DNA of 64,000 bases from Dehalococcoidia bacterium (GTDB taxonomy: Bacteria; Chloroflexota; Dehalococcoidia; SM23-28-2; HRBIN24): NCBI GenBank assembly GCA_035574155.1, contig DATLZD010000045.1:741-64740 (forward strand), given 5' to 3'. How positions within the stretch are numbered: position 1 is the first letter of the stretch; every line of letters starts with the position of its first letter. Below are positions 58,060 through 64,000 of the stretch, piece by piece. The notes below the pieces were generated by a model. The model worked only from the letters and a program-made list of their open reading frames with translations. It searched no databases and was not told the origin of the DNA. Both the position numbers and the translations under genes were made by a program.

Positions 58060-58809
58060 CTACTCCCCCAGATACACGCGGGCCACGTCCGGGCTGGCCA
58101 GCAGCTCCTGGGCAGCCCCCTCCAGACGGTTCTGCCCCATGGCCAGCACATAGGCGCGATGGGCGAGCTTGAGGGCCTCGCGGGCGTTCTGCTCGACCAT
58201 CAGGACAGCGGTGCCGGTGGCGTTGATCTCCCTGACCTTGGCGAAGACCAGCTCCACCATGCGGGGGGCCAGGCCGGCCGAGGGCTCGTCCAGCAGCAGG
58301 ACCTGTGGTTCCAACATGAGGGCACGGGCCAGGGCCAGCATCTGTCTCTGTCCGCCCGATAGCCTTCCCGCCCGCTCATGGCGGCGATGGGCCAGCTCGG
58401 GGAAAAGGGCGAAGGCCCTCTCCATTCGGGCCCTGGCCTGCTTGGGCACCAGATAGGCCCCCATCTCCAGGTTCTCCCGGACCGTCAGGGAGGGGAAAAC
58501 GTTGTCGGCCTGGGGCACATAGCACACCCCCCTGGCCACCACCTGCTCCGCGGGCAGGCCGGTGATATCCTGCCCCCGCAGCAGGACCCGGCCCGCCCGC
58601 GGCGGCACCAGCCCTACGATGGCCTTCATGAGGGTGCTTTTGCCGGCCCCGTTGGGGCCGATGACCGCCACCATTTCCCCCTCGGCCACCCGCAGCGAGA
58701 CCCCGTGCAGGACCTCTACCTCGCCGTAGCCGGCCACCAGCTCACGGACCTCAAGGACGCTCGCTGTGGAGGTACTGCCCGCCAAGGTAGGCCTCCAGGA
58801 CTCGCTCAT
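58060..58809 (-). CDS. livF: ABC transporter ATP-binding protein (LivF-like)
   Basis: Walker A GPNGAGKST, signature LSGGQRQMLALARAL. Confidence 0.85.
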   Translation of the reverse strand: MSESWRPTLAGSTSTASVLEVRELVAGYGEVEVLHGVSLRVAEGEMVAVIGPNGAGKSTLMKAIVGLVPPRAGRVLLRGQDITGLPAEQVVARGVCYVPQADNVFPSLTVRENLEMGAYLVPKQARARMERAFALFPELAHRRHERAGRLSGGQRQMLALARALMLEPQVLLLDEPSAGLAPRMVELVFAKVREINATGTAVLMVEQNAREALKLAHRAYVLAMGQNRLEGAAQELLASPDVARVYLGE

Positions 58810-59548
58810 CGGACCTGATCTCGTCTGGGGTGCCCTCGGCGATGACCTCGCCGCTGCTCATGACGATGATAGGGTTGCAGAGGCGCATCACCAGGTCCAT
58901 GTCGTGCTCCACGATGAAGAAGGTGATGCCCCGTCGGTGACAGAGGTCCTCGATGACGGTCACCAGGCGACGCATGAGGACCGGATTGACACCGGCCCCG
59001 GGCTCGTCCAGAAGGACCAGCTCCGGGTCGCACATCAGGGTCCGGGCCAGCTCCAGAAGCTTCTTCTGACCGGCGGAGAGGTTGGCGGCATACTCGTCCC
59101 TCAGGTGGGCCAGGTCCACCAAGTCCAGCACTGACATGGCCTTCTCGAACAGCTCTTCCTCCTGCCGCGCCACCCTGCCGGGGAAGAGCCAGACGTTCCA
59201 GAGCAGCTCCCCCTTCTGGCCCGGTGGCACCAGCATCAGGTTCTCCAGGACCGTCATAGCGCCCAGGGGACGCGGGATCTGGAAGGTCCTGGCTATTCCC
59301 CGGCGGAAGACCTGGTGGGGCGGAAGGCCGTCGATGCGTTCCCCACGGAAATAGATGGACCCAGAGGTGGGGCGCAGGAAGCCGGTGATGAGGTTGAAGA
59401 GGGTCGTCTTGCCGGCCCCGTTGGGCCCGATGAGGCCGGTGATGGTGCCCTGCCGCAGCCGCAAGGTGCAGCCGTTCACCGCCCGCACGCCGTCGAAGGC
59501 CTTGGTAAGGGCGCGGGTCTCCAGCAGAGGGGCCTTGGTGGTGTCCAT
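58751..59548 (-). CDS. livG: ABC transporter ATP-binding protein (LivG-like)
   Basis: GLIGPNGAGKTTLFNLITG..., signature LSAGQKKLLELARTL. Confidence 0.85.
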   Translation of the reverse strand: MDTTKAPLLETRALTKAFDGVRAVNGCTLRLRQGTITGLIGPNGAGKTTLFNLITGFLRPTSGSIYFRGERIDGLPPHQVFRRGIARTFQIPRPLGAMTVLENLMLVPPGQKGELLWNVWLFPGRVARQEEELFEKAMSVLDLVDLAHLRDEYAANLSAGQKKLLELARTLMCDPELVLLDEPGAGVNPVLMRRLVTVIEDLCHRRGITFFIVEHDMDLVMRLCNPIIVMSSGEVIAEGTPDEIRSDERVLEAYLGGQYLHSERP

Positions 59549-59644
59549 AACCAGCGACGGACGGCCAGAATACCCCTATGGGCCGACCCTCAGTATATGT
59601 GGCCGATGCTGTGTGTCAATCGGCAGCCCTGGTCACCAGGGCCG

Positions 59645-59905
59645 TCAGGCAGGGGCTATGGAACGGAGGTAGTGATAGTGGCAGGAGAGGCGGGCGCCCG
59701 GACGCCCCTCTGGCTCCAGTACCGCCACCGTGCCGTCCAGGGCATCGATGACGCCCACCAGGGTGCCGACCACCGCCGGCCCGAAGGGCGAGGCAGGGTC
59801 CAGCTCCAGCCGGACCCGTTGCCCCAGGTGACGGCGCAACTCCTGCGGGTCGAGACGGCTGCCCTGTCGTTGGCGTTCCACGAGGTGCCTCCCGTCGCGC
59901 ACCAT
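59645..59905 (-). CDS. small hypothetical protein (86 aa)
   Basis: GC3-biased ORF between tRNA-Arg and livG. No recognisable family. Confidence 0.3.
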   Translation of the reverse strand: MVRDGRHLVERQRQGSRLDPQELRRHLGQRVRLELDPASPFGPAVVGTLVGVIDALDGTVAVLEPEGRPGARLSCHYHYLRSIAPA

Positions 59906-59944
59906 GATGGAGCAATCGGCGTATATCTGGTCAGGGGCACCACC

Positions 59945-60020
59945 TGGCGCCCCAGGAGGGACTCGAACCCCCGGCCCGCGGCTTAGGACGCCGCCGCTCT
60001 TCCTACTGAGCTACTGGGGC
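59945..60020 (-). tRNA. tRNA-Arg (anticodon CCT), CCA encoded
   Basis: Reverse complement GCCCCAGTAGCTCAGTAGGAAGAGCGGCGGCGTCCTAAGCCGCGGGCCGGGGGTTCGAGTCCCTCCTGGGGCGCCA. A cloverleaf folds by hand with anticodon loop GTCCTAA. Confidence 0.8.
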
Positions 60021-60165
60021 ACCCATCCGATATTGTATCCCCCCGCACCTTCCTGTAAACCCCGACACCGGCTGCCTGGCGTGGGCCAATGGCCTCGGAA
60101 CGGGATATAGATTAGGTTGACGCCCATGGTCTGAATTTGTATCCTCCGCAGGGGAGGTGTTAGCG

Positions 60166-60852
60166 ATGGCGCCGAGGTCCGGCATCGGGAACGACGCGCC
60201 CACGCCCACGGTTGAGGACTACTTGCATGCCATCTACAGCCTGCTCGGCGAGGGCGAAACGGTGTTCTCCGCCCGACTGGCCCGCCGCATGCGGGTGACG
60301 CCGCCCACTGCCTGGGCCACCGTCCAGCGCATGGTGCGCGACGGCCTAGTGACCCTGGACAGCAAGAAGGTGATCCACCTGACCGAGAAGGGCAAGCGGC
60401 TGGCCGAGGACATCGTGCGCCGCCACCGGCTGGCCGAGCGCTTCCTGACGGACGTCCTGGGCCTGGGCTGGGCCGACTGTCACGAGGAGGCCCACCTGTT
60501 CGAGCACGCCCTCACCCCCAGGCTGGAGGAGCGCATCGTCGCCCTGCTGGGGAACCCGACCACCTGCCCCCACGGCAGCCCCATCCCCGGCTCGGGCGCC
60601 ACCCTGCCGTCCGACCTGGTGCCGCTGGCATCCCTGGGCGCAGGGGAGGAGGCCACCATCGAGTTCATCTCCGAGGAGCTGGAGGAGGACCTGGACCTGC
60701 TCCGTTACCTTGAGCGGGGCCGCATCATGCCGGGCCGCCGGGTACGAGTGGTCGAGGTCGTGTCGCCCAGCGAGCTGATGGTGGTGGAGTCGGACGGCCA
60801 GCAGGTGCCGCTAGGGCTGAAGGTGGCCCAGAAGATACGCGTCCGCCGCTAG
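60166..60852 (+). CDS. DtxR/IdeR/MntR-family metal-dependent transcriptional regulator with a C-terminal FeoA/SH3-like domain
   Basis: TVEDYLHAIYSL...HTH, metal-site residues (CHEEAHLFEH), and a C-terminal SH3-like domain. The ATG at 60166 is preceded by GGAGG. Confidence 0.8.
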   Translation: MAPRSGIGNDAPTPTVEDYLHAIYSLLGEGETVFSARLARRMRVTPPTAWATVQRMVRDGLVTLDSKKVIHLTEKGKRLAEDIVRRHRLAERFLTDVLGLGWADCHEEAHLFEHALTPRLEERIVALLGNPTTCPHGSPIPGSGATLPSDLVPLASLGAGEEATIEFISEELEEDLDLLRYLERGRIMPGRRVRVVEVVSPSELMVVESDGQQVPLGLKVAQKIRVRR

Positions 60853-60982
60853 CGCCCTCCCCCCTCCTCGGTTGACGCCGGGGGGTCCCGGTGCTAGACT
60901 TTCTCTTGCTCAGCAGAAGAGGGGGTCGACGCCTTCCGAGGTCGGGCTCGGCCCTTTCTCTGTGTAAAAACGGGACGGGCGG

Positions 60983-61246
60983 ATGCGCAGGCGCTGGTTC
61001 CGGTTCGGCTTCTACGCCCCCTTCGGCTTCTGGCTGAGGGGCTTTCACGGGGCCTGGGGCGGCCCCTGGCACCGCCACGGCCATCGCCCCTTCTCTCTCC
61101 TGCGGGACTACCGTCGCTGGCTGGAGGAGTACCGTCAGGACCTCCAGCAGGCGCGGCAGGAGCTGGAGGAGGAGCTGAGAGAAGTGGAGGCCGAGCTGGA
61201 GCGCCTGCGAGGCGCTCGAAAAGAGGAGGAGAGACAGGGCCCTTAG
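60983..61246 (+). CDS. DUF5320-like small protein (Gly/aromatic-rich N-terminus plus C-terminal coiled coil)
   Basis: RWFRFGFYAPFGFWLRGFHGAWGGPW followed by EEELREVEAELERLRGARKEEE. GC3-biased codons. Confidence 0.45.
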   Translation: MRRRWFRFGFYAPFGFWLRGFHGAWGGPWHRHGHRPFSLLRDYRRWLEEYRQDLQQARQELEEELREVEAELERLRGARKEEERQGP

Positions 61247-61282
61247 TCTGGGGAAGGCACCTTCCCCAACGGAAGCGGTCAG

Positions 61283-62272
61283 ATGCTGACGACGGTCGTA
61301 GGACACTACCCGAAGATACCCAACCGCCCCAGGCCGGCCCGACTGCGCCAGGCCATCGCCCGCTACGAACGGGGAGAGATCTCCCGACAGGAGCTGGCGA
61401 GGATCGAGGACGAGGTGACCGTGGAGGTCATCCAGGAGCAGATCGAGGCCGGCATCGACATTATCAGCGACGGGCAGATCCGCTGGGAGGACGACCAGAC
61501 CTACATCGCCCGCCGCCTCTCGGGCTTCGACATCAACGGCCTGGTCCGGTACCTGGACACCAACACCTATTTCCGCCAGCCGGTGGTGGTGGGCGAGGTC
61601 CGGCACCGGGAGACGTTCCTGGTCCAGGACTGGCGCTTCGCCCAGAAACACAGCCCTCGTCCGGTCAAGGCCATAGTCACGGGGCCCGTTACCCTGGCCA
61701 GGCTGTCCCGGGACGAGCACTACCACGACCACCGCCGCCTGGTGATGGCCCTGGCGGAGGCCCTGGCACCTGAGGTCAAGGCCCTGGCCGAGGCCGGCGC
61801 CCCCGTCGTCCAGGTCAACGAGCCGCTGATCCTCTGGCACCCCGAAGACCTGCCCCTCCTGCGCGAGGCCCTCCAGGTCATGTTGGCCGGGGTCGCCTGC
61901 GAGACTGCCCTATACACCTGGTTCGGCAGCATCGAGCGGGTCTATCCCCAGCTCCTGGAGCTGCCCGTGACCACCATCGGCATCGACCTGGTCTCCCAGC
62001 CCCGCAACTGGCAGGTGCTGGGCCAGCACGCCTTCCCAGCCGACCGGAAGCTGGGGGCGGGCATCGTGGACGGTCGCAACACCCGCCTGGAGTCGGTGGA
62101 GGAGATCGTGGCCTCGGTCCGGCACCTGACCCGCATCGTCCCGCCAGACCGCCTCTACCTCAACCCCAGCTGCGGGCTGGAATACCTGCCGCGGGAGGTG
62201 GCCCAGGACAAGCTGCGCCGCTTGGCCGAGGGCGCCCGTGCCGCCCGTCAGGCCCTGGGGGTGGAGGCCTGA
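61283..62272 (+). CDS. MetE-like (UroD/MetE barrel) protein lacking a complete Zn site; cobalamin-independent methionine synthase N-domain-like
   Basis: MLTTVVGHYPKIPN...ISDGQIRWEDDQTY..., short (329 aa) MetE-family barrel. It has SCGLEYL but lacks the H-x-C motif. Confidence 0.6.
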   Translation: MLTTVVGHYPKIPNRPRPARLRQAIARYERGEISRQELARIEDEVTVEVIQEQIEAGIDIISDGQIRWEDDQTYIARRLSGFDINGLVRYLDTNTYFRQPVVVGEVRHRETFLVQDWRFAQKHSPRPVKAIVTGPVTLARLSRDEHYHDHRRLVMALAEALAPEVKALAEAGAPVVQVNEPLILWHPEDLPLLREALQVMLAGVACETALYTWFGSIERVYPQLLELPVTTIGIDLVSQPRNWQVLGQHAFPADRKLGAGIVDGRNTRLESVEEIVASVRHLTRIVPPDRLYLNPSCGLEYLPREVAQDKLRRLAEGARAARQALGVEA

Positions 62273-62273
62273 G

Positions 62274-63272
62274 ATGAGGGACGCACTGCTCACCAGTGCC
62301 GTCGGCTCCTACCCCAAGCCCGACTACCTGGTGCGGGCCCGGAACGCTTATGCCCAGGGCAAGCTGGACGTGCAGGAACTGCGGCAGCTGGAGCGGAAGG
62401 CCACCGAAGACTGGGTCCGCGTACAGGAACGGGTGGGGCTGGACGTGCTCGTCCACGGCGAACAGGAGCGGGGCGACATGGTGGCCTACTTCGCCGGCGA
62501 GCCGGGCGGAGTGGTCATCGAGGGCATGAAGCTGGGCGGTCTCGTCCGCTCCTACGGCAACCGATACTACCACAAGCCCATCATCGCCGGTAAGCTGCGC
62601 TGGCCCGGCCCCATGACGGTGGACATGTGGCGCTTCACCCAGTCCCTCACCGACCGGCCAGTGAAGGGCATGCTCACCGGGCCCTACACCATGGTGGAGT
62701 GGTCCTTCAACGAGTATTACCCCACCAGGGAAGAGGCCGTCATGGACATGGCCCTGGTCATTCGTGAGGAGGTGAAGGCCCTAGTCGCCGCCGGCTGCCG
62801 CTACATCCAGATAGACGAACCGGCCATTCACACCCGCCCCGAGGAGGACTTCGACATGGCAGTAGAGGCCTTCCGGCGGGTGGTGGAGGGCATAGACTGC
62901 GAGTTCCACACCCACATCTGCTACGGCCCCATCGAGAAGATATACCCTGAGATGCTGCGGCTGCCGGTGCGACAGATACACCTGGCCTTCAAGAACACCG
63001 GCTTCCAGTACCTGAAGCTGCTGGAGGAGCACCCCTGGCCCGCCGACAAGGTGCTGGGGGTGGGCGTCACCGACGTGCACAACCATAAAGTGGAGTCGGT
63101 GGAGGAGGTGGTGGAAGGCATGAAGCTGGTGCTCAGGCTGCTGCCACCGGAACAGGTGTGGGTCCTGCCCGATTGCGGCCTCAAGACCCGCACCCCCGAA
63201 GAGGCCGAGGCCAAGCTGCGCGTCATGGTGGAGGGCGTGCAGCGGGTGAAGCGAGAACTGGGACTGGACTAG
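62274..63272 (+). CDS. MetE-like catalytic barrel with an intact Zn/homocysteine site (short cobalamin-independent methionine synthase homolog)
   Basis: LLTSAVGSYPKP...EFHTHICYGP...LPDCGLKTR, the His/Cys/Cys Zn-ligand pattern of the MetE C-domain. Starts 2 nt after the previous gene. Confidence 0.65.
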   Translation: MRDALLTSAVGSYPKPDYLVRARNAYAQGKLDVQELRQLERKATEDWVRVQERVGLDVLVHGEQERGDMVAYFAGEPGGVVIEGMKLGGLVRSYGNRYYHKPIIAGKLRWPGPMTVDMWRFTQSLTDRPVKGMLTGPYTMVEWSFNEYYPTREEAVMDMALVIREEVKALVAAGCRYIQIDEPAIHTRPEEDFDMAVEAFRRVVEGIDCEFHTHICYGPIEKIYPEMLRLPVRQIHLAFKNTGFQYLKLLEEHPWPADKVLGVGVTDVHNHKVESVEEVVEGMKLVLRLLPPEQVWVLPDCGLKTRTPEEAEAKLRVMVEGVQRVKRELGLD

Positions 63273-63277
63273 GAGCG

Positions 63278-63685
63278 ATGGAGAGGCTGGCACAGGTCAC
63301 CTACCAAGAGCGAGAGGCGGCCATCCTGGCGCTGGGCATCCACCTCCTGTGCGAGATGTGGGAATGCGACCGGGAGGCCCTCAACCGTCGCCGCTACCTG
63401 GTGCGCGCCCTGACGGAGGCGGTCAGGGCTGCCGGGGGCACCCTCCTGGGCATCAAGTCCCATGCCTTCAAGCCCCACGGCGTCTCGGCGGTGGCCCTCT
63501 TGGGCGAGTCCCACATGTCCATCCACACCTGGCCCGAGCTGGGCTACGCCGCCGTGGACATCTTCACCTGCGGCCCCAGCATGGACCCGTACCGCGGTCT
63601 GGAGCTGCTGAAAGAGGCCGTGGGGGCGAGGCGCATGTCGGTGCAGGAGGTGCGTCGTGGCCCGGGAACAGGCCGCCTCGGCTGA
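63278..63685 (+). CDS. speH: S-adenosylmethionine decarboxylase proenzyme (pyruvoyl-dependent, SpeH type)
   Basis: GESHMSIHTWPELGYAAVDIFTCG, the class 1 AdoMetDC self-cleavage motif. Confidence 0.85.
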   Translation: MERLAQVTYQEREAAILALGIHLLCEMWECDREALNRRRYLVRALTEAVRAAGGTLLGIKSHAFKPHGVSAVALLGESHMSIHTWPELGYAAVDIFTCGPSMDPYRGLELLKEAVGARRMSVQEVRRGPGTGRLG

Positions 63686-64000
63686 GGGCAGCCCCCAGGG
63701 GCCTTTCTGGTTCACCGAGGAGCTGCCGCCCTACTGGGACCAGAACCTGCGCACCCAGCTACGTGTCCACCGCGTCCTGCACGAGGAGCGGTCCCCATAC
63801 CAGCACATCCAGGTCTTCGACCTAGGCAGCTTCGGCCGCGCCCTGCTGCTGGACGGCATCGTCCAGACGACCGAGGCGGACGAGTTCGTCTACCACGAGA
63901 TGGTGGCGCTCCTGCCCTGCCTCCAGGTAGGCAGGCCTAGGGAGGCCCTCATCATCGGCGGGGGCGATGGCGGCGCCCTGCGCCAGGTCCTGCGCTTTCG
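63656..64000 (+). CDS. speE: spermidine synthase (polyamine aminopropyltransferase), partial (3' end outside the window)
   Basis: GTG start preceded by AGGAGG-6 nt. WFTEELPP...YQHIQVFD...LLLDG..Q...DEFVYHEM...IIGGGDGG, the SpeE N-terminal motifs. The frame runs to the window end. Confidence 0.65.

Noticed and set aside
60853-61282. Possible B12 or SAM riboswitch upstream of the MetE-like genes
   Set aside because: There is no B12 box (GCCACTG...GGGAAG...CAGGAGACCTGCC) and no SAM-I-like conserved segment. The region instead holds a GC3-biased small ORF (DUF5320-like) and a promoter-like element.
63349-63825. 158-aa ORF overlapping speH and speE in another frame
   Set aside because: Out of frame with two well-supported genes. 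Low-complexity.

Overview
High-GC (about 68-70%) bacterial chromosomal window, densely packed with housekeeping genes. The lineage looks Chloroflexota/Thermomicrobia-like or actinobacterial: an F420-type DUF385 gene is present, tRNAs encode their CCA, and promoters show TTGACG -35 boxes. All calls are by eye from the supplied ORF track and sequence. No similarity search or RNA covariance model was run. Coordinates I derived by hand may be off by 1 nt, and start codons are generally uncertain.

Left to right the window holds:
- a partial acyP;
- a minus-strand RAM-domain gene, moeA and a small ORF;
- pheS and pheT;
- the minus-strand block thrS, accC, BCCP, infC, rpmI, rplT;
- a small minus-strand membrane ORF and tRNA-Val(GAC);
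- purE, purD, an OsmC-family gene, a TfoX-N-like gene and guaA on the minus strand;
- a secreted penicillin-amidase-family Ntn hydrolase;
- a glycolytic run pgk, HIBADH-like dehydrogenase, archaeal-type iPGM, tpiA;
- a DUF385 gene, miaA, then dapF, an EthD-like gene and a DapL-type aminotransferase;
- hflX;
- a minus-strand block with a WrbA-like flavoprotein, a Cys-rich zinc-ribbon protein, an amidase and a PTPS/QueD-like gene;
- three tandem paralogous lipoprotein genes under a near-consensus promoter, followed by ctpA, smpB and the tmRNA gene ssrA;
- a 29-bp duplication of the tmRNA 3' end that overlaps the stop of a convergent MFS transporter gene;
- cobQ on the minus strand;
- a cobalamin riboswitch leading a 16-gene cobalamin cluster (cobN, chlI/chlD-like, cobH, cbtB, cbtA, cbiX, cbiD, cbiT, cbiL, cbiF, cbiG, cbiH, cbiE, cobO, cbiA);
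- a Liv-type ABC system whose substrate-binding gene carries a frameshift;
- a small minus-strand hypothetical ORF and tRNA-Arg(CCT);
- a DtxR-family regulator, a DUF5320-like small protein and two tandem short MetE-like genes;
- speH and the start of speE.

The observations most worth checking are the triplicated lipoprotein family next to CtpA, the tmRNA 3'-end duplication, the mixed-hallmark cobalamin cluster with an embedded cobalt transporter, the apparent AUA start of infC, and the split MetE-like gene pair.
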